DNA of 36,992 nucleotides, taken from a virus. Lineage: Duplodnaviria; Caudoviricetes. Position 1 is the first letter of the stretch, and each line of letters opens with the position of its first letter. Made by a program: the position numbers and the translations under genes. The notes beneath the pieces are model-generated. The model did no database searches, was not told the DNA's origin, and saw only the letters and a list, made by a program, of their open reading frames with translations. The stretch is taken from positions 1 through 36,992 of IMG/VR virus record IMGVR_UViG_3300037424_000758, one strand, 5' to 3'. Below are positions 6,388 through 14,369 of this stretch, in pieces.

Positions 6388-6557
6388 GTCGACTCCCATT
6401 GGGTTGATTGGGCCGGTGCTCTCCCGGCTTGTCATGGCGCTTTCGTTCCAGAGGCATGCACTCTCGCCCCCTCACCATTACGGCCTGTCTCGTATTCAGG
6501 CTTCGTCGCTGTTCGGTCGGCCAGCGATGCCGGGGCCGTTTTGGGCGGCTTGGGAGG

Positions 6558-6599
6558 ATTATTCATCCATGTATTCTATCTGTCAATACATGTATGAAT
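6558..6599 (-). promoter_or_regulatory. pL-like promoter with two operators
   Basis: TTGACA(6586-6581)-17bp-AATAAT on the minus strand; 14-bp operators ATTCA-TCCA-TGTAT (6561) and ATACA-TGTA-TGAAT (6586). Confidence 0.75.
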
Positions 6600-6674
6600 A
6601 ATTCGTGAGAAAATAAAAACGCGCCCGGTGTGGGCGAGTCAATTGGTATGCTTATCCGACGGGAGGGGGACTTA

Positions 6675-7163
6675 ATGGATACGGAAAAACTGCGCAGGAT
6701 TGAATGGATCGACGAAGCCGGGCGGGAGAATCTTCGCTTCCGGCTGCAGAACGCGGAGACGCTGGCGCGCGAGGCGCATCAAACGCTGATGGTGCTGCTC
6801 GCGGGCATGGGCGCCGCGCTGGCCTACGTGGTGAGGGTGCTGGAGTACGGTCCGGTGACGGCGGTGGGCGCCGGCGTGGCGGCGGTCACGGTTTGGTTGA
6901 CGTTGTCGGCAGCGGTGCTGGTTGTGGAATGCATTCTCAGCCGCGACCTGCCAGTGCCGGCCAACGAGCCGGACAACCTATGGCAGGAGGGGTGGACTTT
7001 GGAGATGGACAGGATGGGCGAGCTGAAGGGGCTGCAGGCGCGCATCGACGCGACGCGCGTCCGCAACCACGCGGTGGCCGCGTGGCTCGACCGCGCGCGC
7101 CTGATGGCGGTCGCCAGTCCGGTGGTGTTTCTGCTTACCGCGCTGGCCTGGGTGGGACTTTAG
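6675..7163 (+). CDS. Three-TM membrane protein (immunity-region moron)
   Basis: Strong RBS; three hydrophobic segments. Confidence 0.75.
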   Translation: MDTEKLRRIEWIDEAGRENLRFRLQNAETLAREAHQTLMVLLAGMGAALAYVVRVLEYGPVTAVGAGVAAVTVWLTLSAAVLVVECILSRDLPVPANEPDNLWQEGWTLEMDRMGELKGLQARIDATRVRNHAVAAWLDRARLMAVASPVVFLLTALAWVGL

Positions 7164-7249
7164 CCTGTTCCCGGCGTTCTGGCTGCGGCGAGGGCTGCGG
7201 CGGGACGTTGGGCGGCAGGGCAGTGTGTTTGTCGCTCATGGCGGCGCGG

Positions 7250-7729
7250 TCAGTCGATTTCGGGGATGCCAAGCCAGATGCCATAATAATCTCCTCCGCC
7301 GCCGCGAATCATCGCTGGGACGGTGGCGACAGATGGAAGATTGCGTTGCTTCACTAATTTTCTGTATGCGCGAGCAGTGGCGCGCGCCAGGTATCCGACG
7401 GTTTGTCCGCCGATTTTTATGACGACTGCGTTGTTGTCGTGTGGGTTGTTGTCTTCCAACTCGATGGTGGCTTGGACGATATTGTGCCCAGGCGGCAGGG
7501 ATGTCGCGACAACATGAATGGCCGGTTGATAACTGGCTTCGCCGACGATTTCTTGGTCGAATTCGCCTTCTCCGCACAGCGTATGGTCATCGCTTACCGC
7601 CTCGTCGCGGTCCTTGTAGTATTTGATGGTAACGCGGTTTGATGGAGGTGCCGTATCGCTGGTGGCGAAAAGGTGAAACAGGTACCACCCAAGCCCGACA
7701 ATAACGAGCAGTGTGATCGCAACTTCCAT
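7250..7729 (-). CDS. Membrane-anchored HIRAN-domain-like protein
   Basis: N-terminal TM; IVGEASYQ...LEDNNPHDNNAVVIKIGGQTVGYL HIRAN motif. Confidence 0.8.
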   Translation of the reverse strand: MEVAITLLVIVGLGWYLFHLFATSDTAPPSNRVTIKYYKDRDEAVSDDHTLCGEGEFDQEIVGEASYQPAIHVVATSLPPGHNIVQATIELEDNNPHDNNAVVIKIGGQTVGYLARATARAYRKLVKQRNLPSVATVPAMIRGGGGDYYGIWLGIPEID

Positions 7730-7781
7730 TTTTGCTTTCTCCCCTGGTTATTCGAATTTCAGTTCAATCTTATTGATATTT

Positions 7782-8027
7782 TTATTCGTTCCCATCCCTT
7801 GCTCGGCTGGCTACGTCGTCCGATAGCATGCACACCACGCCCAGGGCAAATAGCGGGTTTCGGTAGGCTTCCCCGGCTGTGTCGACGATGCAGGCGCGGC
7901 GCTTCATGATCGCGCCGTAGGCGAGCCCAATCACTTCGCCGCGCTTGGCCTCGTGCAGCAGAAATTCCAGCGCCTCTACCGTGTCGTGCGAGATCGTGGC
8001 TCGCATCATGGTGAAGGGCGGCTTCAT
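7782..8027 (-). CDS. Hypothetical protein downstream of repressor
   Basis: 81-aa ORF, ATGA overlap with repressor stop. Confidence 0.7.
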   Translation of the reverse strand: MKPPFTMMRATISHDTVEALEFLLHEAKRGEVIGLAYGAIMKRRACIVDTAGEAYRNPLFALGVVCMLSDDVASRARDGNE

Positions 8028-8527
8028 TTCTCCTTCTCCTGCTTCCCAGTTTTTTTTGCGCGGTGGTGTTTAGGTGGACCGCCGGTGACGGCCGTGGCGG
8101 GGCGTTTAGGTGGCTGGCGTGCCTCCGTATGGCCAGTGTCAGATGGCGCGGCAGGTTCTGCGGTCGCCGACCTCGCATCGTCTGAGGCGAGGGTGCGCGC
8201 CATGCTGACAAGGGCTGCTTTCCTGTATGGAGCCATGGCCTGCATGGCCCTCAACACCGCGTCAGTATCGTCGTCGCATTCCAGCGGAGTTTCGCCGATG
8301 AGCTGCGAAACCGTCACCTCGAAATAAGCCGCCAGCACGCGCAGCGTCGGCAGCGTCGGGGTGTAGTCCGGCGTGTCAAGGATGCGCCAGATCGTCGGCT
8401 GATAGTTCTTTTTTTGTTCCTCCGGTGCAGGGTCGTCTTTCACCAGTTCAGCAGCGAGCTGGTGAGCATTGATGTTTTTGCGCGCCATCAGGGTGGTCAG
8501 CACGCTATTTATCGTGGGTTGTGCCAT
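8024..8527 (-). CDS. XRE-family prophage repressor (CI-like, no S24 peptidase domain)
   Basis: HTH with PTLPTLRVLAAYFEVTVSQLIGE; divergent from cro; start at 8527 or 8536. Confidence 0.8.
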   Translation of the reverse strand: MAQPTINSVLTTLMARKNINAHQLAAELVKDDPAPEEQKKNYQPTIWRILDTPDYTPTLPTLRVLAAYFEVTVSQLIGETPLECDDDTDAVLRAMQAMAPYRKAALVSMARTLASDDARSATAEPAAPSDTGHTEARQPPKRPATAVTGGPPKHHRAKKTGKQEKEK

Positions 8528-8563
8528 ACGCCGCATTGTCCCGATGACGCCGATTGGATGGAA

Positions 8564-8616
8564 ATACACGGGTGCATATTGCAAAGTATTCATCGATGTA
8601 TTATTCTCGTGTGCAT
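8564..8616 (+). promoter_or_regulatory. pR-like promoter with three operators
   Basis: TTGCAA(8579)-17bp-TATTCT; operators at 8564, 8588 and 8603 match the pL consensus ATWCA-N4-TGHAT (third has one mismatch). Confidence 0.75.
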
Positions 8617-8827
8617 GTTCACCAAAATGATCGAAGAACTCATCGAGGAAGGGCTGACCGAACAGCGAATCGGGCAGCTCGTCGGCGCGTCGCAGCCAAC
8701 CATCAACCGCATCAAGCGAACCAACCAAAATCCTAAATACGACCTCGGTGTGGCCATCGTGGCGCTGCATAAACAGGTGATCGAAGACAAGCCGATCAAC
8801 ACGCCAGAAAGCCAGGTCGCCGCATGA
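8615..8827 (+). CDS. Cro-like HTH regulator
   Basis: GLTEQRIGQLVGASQPTINRI HTH; 70 aa; divergent from repressor. Confidence 0.85.
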   Translation: MFTKMIEELIEEGLTEQRIGQLVGASQPTINRIKRTNQNPKYDLGVAIVALHKQVIEDKPINTPESQVAA

Positions 8828-8833
8828 ATCAAT

Positions 8834-8908
8834 CGCAAGGTGGAGCAGTGGCAGCTCGCCGGGTTCATACCCCGGAGGTCGCGGGTTCGACTCCCGCCCT
8901 TGCAACCA
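8834..8908 (+). tRNA. tRNA-Met(CAT), initiator type
   Basis: Cloverleaf with C1xA72 mismatch, GGG:CCC anticodon stem, GTTCGA T-loop and encoded CCA. Confidence 0.92.
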
Positions 8909-8914
8909 GCACCA

Positions 8915-8984
8915 CGCTGGCAGGCCGTTTGTCTGCCGCCTCCTCCGACCTTTCCCCGGCGCTGTCCTGGCCGGGGATTTTTTT
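8915..8984 (+). repeat. Structured repeat copy 1 (hairpin, CTCCTCC, terminator-like end)
   Basis: CGCTGGCAGGCCGTTTGTCTGCCG...GGCGCTGTCCTGGCCGGGGATTTTTTT, near-identical to 9230-9302. Confidence 0.8.
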
Positions 8985-8998
8985 GGGATAAAAAAACA

Positions 8999-9217
8999 AT
9001 GAGCCTCGAACGCAAGGACGTAAGACTGAAACTGGACCACGACAAGCACGCCGCGGCGAAGGTGATCGCCGAGACCGAGGGTAAGGATATTGCCGAGTGG
9101 ATCGAGGAAGTGATCGTCGATGTGATCAAAAAGCGTGTCCATTTGGCCAATGTAATCGTTTCCCGGCTGGAAGAAACCGGCGCCATCGGGACGTTCAGGG
9201 ATGAGTCGGGAAAATGA
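8999..9217 (+). CDS. Small putative ribbon-helix-helix DNA-binding protein
   Basis: MSLERKDVRLKL strand followed by two predicted helices. Confidence 0.65.
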   Translation: MSLERKDVRLKLDHDKHAAAKVIAETEGKDIAEWIEEVIVDVIKKRVHLANVIVSRLEETGAIGTFRDESGK

Positions 9218-9229
9218 CCATCGAGCATG

Positions 9230-9302
9230 CGCTGGCAGGCCGTTTGTCTGCCGTTGTCTCCTCCGAACTTGCCACGGCGCTGTCCCGGCCGGGGATTTTT
9301 TT
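9230..9302 (+). repeat. Structured repeat copy 2
   Basis: Direct repeat of 8915-8984. Confidence 0.8.
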
Positions 9303-9368
9303 CGCGTGTGTCCATGAGGGCATCGTAGGGGGTCCGGTTTCTGTGTTCAGCGTTTTTCGGAGGTTTTT

Positions 9369-9812
9369 ATGAACGTGAGTGATGCGGCATACGCGACTGT
9401 GCACGATTACCCGGGCGGGGCGATCAGCCTGGCCCCGCGCGTCGGGATGAATCCGACGGTGCTGAATTCGAAGGTGAATCAGAACACGACGACGCATCAC
9501 CTGACGATGCTGGAGGCGCAGCGGATCATGGGTGTGACGGGTGACCACCGAATCCTGCGCGCGCAGTGTGAGGATCTGGGCTACCTGCCACCGATTCCGC
9601 GTGTGGAGGCGGGGGTTTCTGACGCTGCGCTGCTGGAAACCTACACGCGCTTGATGAGCGAGCTGGGCGATTTCTCGGGGAAGTTCCACAAAGCGCTGTC
9701 TGACGGAAAGCTGACCTCGAAAGAGGTCGATGGGCTGCAGGTCGAGATGCTGGAATTCTTCGCCGCAGGCGAGGAGCTGCTGAACCGCGCCCGGCAGATT
9801 GCTGAGGGCTGA
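9369..9812 (+). CDS. Phage regulatory CII-family protein
   Basis: VHDYPGGAISLAPRVGM...LNSKVNQNTTTHHLT signature. Confidence 0.8.
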   Translation: MNVSDAAYATVHDYPGGAISLAPRVGMNPTVLNSKVNQNTTTHHLTMLEAQRIMGVTGDHRILRAQCEDLGYLPPIPRVEAGVSDAALLETYTRLMSELGDFSGKFHKALSDGKLTSKEVDGLQVEMLEFFAAGEELLNRARQIAEG

Positions 9813-9822
9813 GACGCGATCG

Positions 9823-10047
9823 ATGAGCCAGGACCAGCAGGATAGGGCAGCGCAGAACCGGGCGATGTTTCCGGAGACGGCGCGCTTCGTGGACGAGATG
9901 CGCGAGGCGTTCGGGCCGGATGTGAGGCTGGTGTGGGCTAGCGAAAACGGCCGCGAGATCGGCGAACGCGGGCCGGACGGGGTTCAGCCGGTGATCGAGC
10001 GGCGGACCGAGGCGGTTAAAACATTGAAAACCAGGGGGAAGAAATGA
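9823..10047 (+). CDS. Hypothetical phage protein
   Basis: FVDEMREAFG...ASENG; coupled to ssb. Confidence 0.7.
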   Translation: MSQDQQDRAAQNRAMFPETARFVDEMREAFGPDVRLVWASENGREIGERGPDGVQPVIERRTEAVKTLKTRGKK

Positions 10048-10448
10048 TTTTGACGGGATTGGTGCGCCTGGGGCGCGATGCGAGCCTGCGCTACCTGGGC
10101 GATGGCACGCCGGTGCTGAATATGGCGCTGGCGTACAACTGGGGGACGAACGGCAAGCGGGCGTCGCAGTGGGTCGACGCGGCGCTGTTCGGCAAGCGCG
10201 CGGAGGCGCTGGCGCCGCATCTGCTGAAGGGGACGGCGCTGGATGTGGCGCTGGACGATGTGCGGCTGGATGAATGGACGCGGCAGGACGGCACGCCTGG
10301 CAAGCCGAAGCTGGTGGGGCGGGTGGTGGTGCTGGAGTTTGCCGGGCGCGCGGCGGGGGCAGATTCAGCGCCGGCTGCGGCGCCTGCGCAGCCTGCCGCC
10401 GCCCCGGCCGATGCCGGGGTTGATCCATTCGACGATGTTCCCTTCTGA
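10044..10448 (+). CDS. ssb: Single-stranded DNA-binding protein
   Basis: OB-fold pattern RLGRDA...QWVDAALFGKRAE; acidic tail FDDVPF. Confidence 0.9.
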   Translation: MILTGLVRLGRDASLRYLGDGTPVLNMALAYNWGTNGKRASQWVDAALFGKRAEALAPHLLKGTALDVALDDVRLDEWTRQDGTPGKPKLVGRVVVLEFAGRAAGADSAPAAAPAQPAAAPADAGVDPFDDVPF

Positions 10449-11899
10449 TGGGCGCCGCCGCCGCCAGCGGCATCAAGGCCGCGCCGCACAGCACGGAGTC
10501 TGAGCAGGCGATTCTGGGCGCGCTGTTGATGGACCCGACGGCCTGGGACCGGATCGCCAGCCTGATCGGGGAGGGGGATTTTTTTACGCTGGATCACCGG
10601 CTGATTTTCCGCGCGTTTCTGGGACTGATCGAGTCCGGCAGGGGGATTGACGTGGTGCTGCTGGCGGAAGCGCTGGAGCGCGGCGGGTCGCTGGATTCGG
10701 TGGGCGGACTGCCGTATCTGGTGCAGTTGCAGTCGGCGTCGGCGGGCGCGGCGAATATCGTGCGCTACGCCGAGATCGTTTCCGAGCGGGCGCTGATGCG
10801 GCGGCTGATTGCGGCGACCAATGAGATCGCGGACAAGGTCTACGCGACGGGCACGATGGCGGCGCGCGATCTGCTTGAATTCGCCCAGGCGCGGATGATG
10901 GCGATTGCCGATTCGGCGGTGCAGCGCACCGGCGGTCTGCAGCACGTGGGCACGGTGATGGCAGAGACGATCGCGCACATCGACGACCTGATGACGCGCA
11001 AGGCGGTGTCGGACGTGACGGGGCTGGCGACCGGGTTTGCCAGGCTGGACAAGCTGACGACGGGGCTGCAGCCTGGCCAGCTGGTGATTCTGGCGGCGCG
11101 CCCGTCGATGGGTAAAACCACGCTGGCGATGAACATCGCCGAGAACGCGGCGATGAACAGCGGCGCGCGGGTGGCGTTCTTCAGCCTGGAGATGGTGAAC
11201 AAGCAACTCGGCATCCGCATGCTGTCGAGCGCGACGCAGGTGCACCAGCAGCGGGTGCGGGTGGGGCGGGTGAGCCAGTCCGAATTCGAGCGCCTGCACG
11301 CGACCAGCATGAAGCTGCGCGAAACGAAAATCTACCTGGATGACGAAGGCAGCATCTCGGTGCAGGAAATCCGCGCGCGCTGCCGGAGGCTGGCGCGCGA
11401 GCTGGGCGGGCTGGATCTGGTGGTGATCGACTACCTGCAGCTGATCGAGATCGCGCGCAGCACGGACAACCGGGCAAACGACCTGGCGGCGGTGTCGCGC
11501 GCGCTGAAGACGATGGCGAAGGAGCTGCACGCGCCGGTGATCGCGCTGTCGCAGCTGAATCGCGGGCTGGAAAACCGGCCGAACAAGCGCCCGATCATGA
11601 GCGACCTGCGCGAGTCGGGCGGCATCGAGCAGGACGCGGACGTGATCCTGTTCGTGTACCGCGACGAGGTCTATCACGAAGACAGCCCTGACAAGGGCAT
11701 CACCGAGATCATCATCGGAAAGCAGCGCGATGGCCCGACCGGGACGGTGCATGTCGGGTTTCGTGGCGAGTGCGTGCGGTTCGAGGATCGCCACCCGGAT
11801 GCGCCGGTGCCGTCGATGGTGGAGCGTGCGAACAGGCCAACGCGGGGCAGCAAGGCACCGCCACGCGGCGGACGCGAGGCATCCTACGTGGATATGTGA
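10448..11899 (+). CDS. dnaB: Replicative DNA helicase
   Basis: PHSTESEQAILG, AARPSMGKT Walker A, VIDYLQL, LSQLNR, DLRESGGIEQDAD. Confidence 0.97.
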   Translation: MGAAAASGIKAAPHSTESEQAILGALLMDPTAWDRIASLIGEGDFFTLDHRLIFRAFLGLIESGRGIDVVLLAEALERGGSLDSVGGLPYLVQLQSASAGAANIVRYAEIVSERALMRRLIAATNEIADKVYATGTMAARDLLEFAQARMMAIADSAVQRTGGLQHVGTVMAETIAHIDDLMTRKAVSDVTGLATGFARLDKLTTGLQPGQLVILAARPSMGKTTLAMNIAENAAMNSGARVAFFSLEMVNKQLGIRMLSSATQVHQQRVRVGRVSQSEFERLHATSMKLRETKIYLDDEGSISVQEIRARCRRLARELGGLDLVVIDYLQLIEIARSTDNRANDLAAVSRALKTMAKELHAPVIALSQLNRGLENRPNKRPIMSDLRESGGIEQDADVILFVYRDEVYHEDSPDKGITEIIIGKQRDGPTGTVHVGFRGECVRFEDRHPDAPVPSMVERANRPTRGSKAPPRGGREASYVDM

Positions 11900-11971
11900 G
11901 CCTGGCGATTTGATCGCGCCACAGGCGTTTTTTGCGGCGGAAATTTCCGCGCGATTTTTGGGAGGTCAGGC

Positions 11972-12235
11972 ATGAGTACAAGTGCGGTGGTGGATGCGTG
12001 GGAGGCGGAGATTCCGCCGTTGCAGAAGCTGGTGTTGCTGGCACTGTCGGATGGGGTGAGCTGCGATGGCGGGCTTGGGTTCGACGTTGCCCCGCTGTGC
12101 ATCCAGTGCAGCATGCTTGAGGTGGTGTTGCGTCAGGTGCTCGACGGGTTGGCGGCGGATGGGTGGATTCAGTACCACATCGAATCCGGCCGGCTGATGG
12201 GCCGGCTTATCGGATATGGGGAGAAGGCAGCATGA
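11972..12235 (+). CDS. Small winged-helix protein resembling the initiator N-terminus
   Basis: LQKLVLLALSD resembles TQKLVLIVLAE of the next gene. Confidence 0.6.
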   Translation: MSTSAVVDAWEAEIPPLQKLVLLALSDGVSCDGGLGFDVAPLCIQCSMLEVVLRQVLDGLAADGWIQYHIESGRLMGRLIGYGEKAA

Positions 12236-12978
12236 GCGTCAATCTTGTTAAATGGGCGATCCGTCAGCAGCTGACGGCGACGCAGAAGCTTGTCCTGATC
12301 GTTCTGGCTGAGCATGGGGACAAGGATGGCAGGTGCTACCCTGGTCAGGAGCTGCTGGCACGCGAAACCAGTCTGACGGAGCGTGCGGTGCGGAAGGCGA
12401 TTCATGTGCTGCGCGACGTTGGGTTGATCGGGGTGCAGCGAAGAACATTCGTAAAGGGCGGGTCGACCTCGAATTACTACACGTTCAACATCGATGTGGA
12501 CGTCGAAACAATTCCACAGGAAGGCGTGGATGAAGTCGAATCCGGACAGGAACCACGTTCCTCTCCGGTCGAATCCGGACAGGAACCATGTTCCTCGTCC
12601 GGACAGGAACCATGTTCCTCACCCTATAAGGAAGAACCACCAGTATTAACCACCAGAAGCGCGCACGAGCGCGTGCGCGACGCTTCGGTGATCTTCGATA
12701 CCGAACGGAATGCATTCCAGGTTGCACCCGAAGTGCTCGACGGATGGGTGGAACGATACCGAAGGCTGGTCGACCCCGATCACTGGTCGCCAGACATGGC
12801 CGAGGAGTGGGTTCGTCACCAGGTGCGCAGCGCGGCGGTGTACCTGTCGAACCCGGCAAACCGGAAGAAATACCGCGACCTCAAGCGCTTCCTCGAAAAC
12901 CAGCTCAGCCGTGCCGGAGAACGCCTGATCGTGCCGCATGCACGCTACCCGCAACGCCAGCACAGGGCCACAGCATGA
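12232..12978 (+). CDS. Phage replication initiator (N-terminal HTH)
   Basis: CYPGQELLARETSLTERAVRKAIHVL HTH; internal iterons. Confidence 0.85.
   Translation: MSVNLVKWAIRQQLTATQKLVLIVLAEHGDKDGRCYPGQELLARETSLTERAVRKAIHVLRDVGLIGVQRRTFVKGGSTSNYYTFNIDVDVETIPQEGVDEVESGQEPRSSPVESGQEPCSSSGQEPCSSPYKEEPPVLTTRSAHERVRDASVIFDTERNAFQVAPEVLDGWVERYRRLVDPDHWSPDMAEEWVRHQVRSAAVYLSNPANRKKYRDLKRFLENQLSRAGERLIVPHARYPQRQHRATA
12541..12620 (+). repeat. Iterons, probable replication origin
   Basis: Three copies of TCCGGACAGGAACCAYGTTCCTC at 12541, 12574 and 12598 inside the initiator gene. Confidence 0.8.
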
Positions 12979-13379
12979 TCACTCACATCAACGCCAAGCT
13001 CAACGTGTGGGCTATCTGGGTCGTCGGTGGTCGCAAGGTGGTGGGGCTCGGCTACCCGAGCCAGTGCGCGTTCTCGCGGCTGACGCCGAACGCCACCACG
13101 CTTCGTTCGCCGATCGCCAACGAGGAGGCATGGGAGATCGAGCAGGCCGTGCACCGGCTGGAGGCTCCCCTGCGCGATGTGGTCGAGCAGTTCTACCTGC
13201 GCGCGGGAACCGTCGAGACGCATGCCAAAGCGCTCGGCATCGGTCGCACCACGCTATTCACGCGAATCCACGACGCCCATGTGAGCATCATGGAGTGGCT
13301 GCAAATCGGCGACGATGAGATTCATCTAAAAAAGTTCTTGACCTCGTCGGACGGTTTTGCTACAAAGCATGTACGCTGA
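12975..13379 (+). CDS. Antiterminator Q-like late regulator
   Basis: Position before late genes; LNVWAIW start and C-terminal HTH. Confidence 0.7.
   Translation: MITHINAKLNVWAIWVVGGRKVVGLGYPSQCAFSRLTPNATTLRSPIANEEAWEIEQAVHRLEAPLRDVVEQFYLRAGTVETHAKALGIGRTTLFTRIHDAHVSIMEWLQIGDDEIHLKKFLTSSDGFATKHVR
13338..13366 (+). promoter_or_regulatory. Putative late promoter
   Basis: TTGACC-17bp-TACAAA followed by a terminator, as in pR'/tR'. Confidence 0.55.
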
Positions 13380-13397
13380 GATTAGCTGTCACCCCAC

Positions 13398-13420
13398 AAC
13401 CCGCCAAAAGCGGGTTTTTT
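13398..13420 (+). terminator. Intrinsic terminator (tR'-like)
   Basis: AACCCGC-CAAAA-GCGGGTTTTTT. Confidence 0.8.
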
Positions 13421-13421
13421 C

Positions 13422-13763
13422 ATGCCTGTAGCAGCCCCAAGACCCTGCACCTACCCCGGGTGCGGCGTGCTGGTGTACGGCGGCTCACGCTGCCCCAGGC
13501 ACCCATACGAACAGAGTCGACACGGTTCACACGGCAAGCGTAAGACCGGCCGATCCGGTGTCAACGACCGAGAGCGCATTAAGCGCAGGGACAAAGGGCT
13601 TTGCCAGGAGTGCTTAAGGCAAGGCCACGTCACTCTCGGAGAACAGGTAGATCACATCATCCCTTTGGCGTCCGGCGGATCTGACGCGGACAGCAACAAA
13701 GAGCTGCTGTGCTTCGAGTGCCACAAAGCAAAATCACGGCTGGAGCGCCGGGTCATCAGGTAG
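13422..13763 (+). CDS. HNH endonuclease (packaging-associated)
   Basis: RDKGLCQEC...VDHIIPLASGG...LLCFECH; adjacent to terS. Confidence 0.92.
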   Translation: MPVAAPRPCTYPGCGVLVYGGSRCPRHPYEQSRHGSHGKRKTGRSGVNDRERIKRRDKGLCQECLRQGHVTLGEQVDHIIPLASGGSDADSNKELLCFECHKAKSRLERRVIR

Positions 13764-13860
13764 GGGGGGGCAAAATCTCTGCACCCCACCACCCGTACAC
13801 CGTGCCCCAAGTCGTTTTTTCGCGTGCGGGAGTTTATAGGGGGGGTATACCCCGAGGTGA
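13764..13860. other. Probable cos region
   Basis: G-run-bounded intergenic between HNH and terS, the usual position in HK97-like cos phages; cut site not determined. Confidence 0.5.
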
Positions 13861-13865
13861 GATGA

Positions 13866-14366
13866 ATGGGACAGCGAGGACCGAGACCACTGCCGAAGAA
13901 CGTGCACCTTTTGCACGGGAACCCGAGCAAGTTGACCGCTTCCCAGTTGCGCGATTCGATTTCGCCTGTCGTCGAGATTCCGAAGCCGCCGCCTCACTTG
14001 AAGGGCGCCGCGCTGAAAGAGTGGAAGCGCGTCGGTGTCGAGCTGAAGAAGCTCGGGCTGATCTCCCAGATCGACCGCGCTGCGCTGTCTATGTACTGCA
14101 CGGCGTGGGGCCGCTACTGCGAAGCGGAATCGATCCTGCTGATGGCTGGGCCAAAGGGGATGGTCACCGAAACGCCCAACGGGTTCGAGGTGCAGTCCGC
14201 ATGGCTCAACATCAGCAACAAGGCAATGGAGCAGTGCATCAAGTATCTCGCCGAATTCGGCATGTCGCCAGCTGCGCGAACGCGCGTCACGCCGAGCGAT
14301 GTTCAGCCTGACCTTTTTGAAGGCACCGCAGACGAGAAGCCGAGCATCGGCTCGATGATGAAGTAA
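13866..14366 (+). CDS. terS: Terminase small subunit (P27 family)
   Basis: RGPRPLP...GNPSK...EFGMSPAARTRV. Confidence 0.92.
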   Translation: MGQRGPRPLPKNVHLLHGNPSKLTASQLRDSISPVVEIPKPPPHLKGAALKEWKRVGVELKKLGLISQIDRAALSMYCTAWGRYCEAESILLMAGPKGMVTETPNGFEVQSAWLNISNKAMEQCIKYLAEFGMSPAARTRVTPSDVQPDLFEGTADEKPSIGSMMK

Positions 14367-14369
14367 CCC

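Noticed and set aside
8840-8998. N-terminal extension of ORF 8840-9217
   Set aside because: Runs through the tRNA and repeat; ATG 8999 is more plausible
8528-9142. N-terminal extension of the repressor (372-aa ORF)
   Set aside because: Overlaps cro, the tRNA and the operators; true start is near 8527-8536
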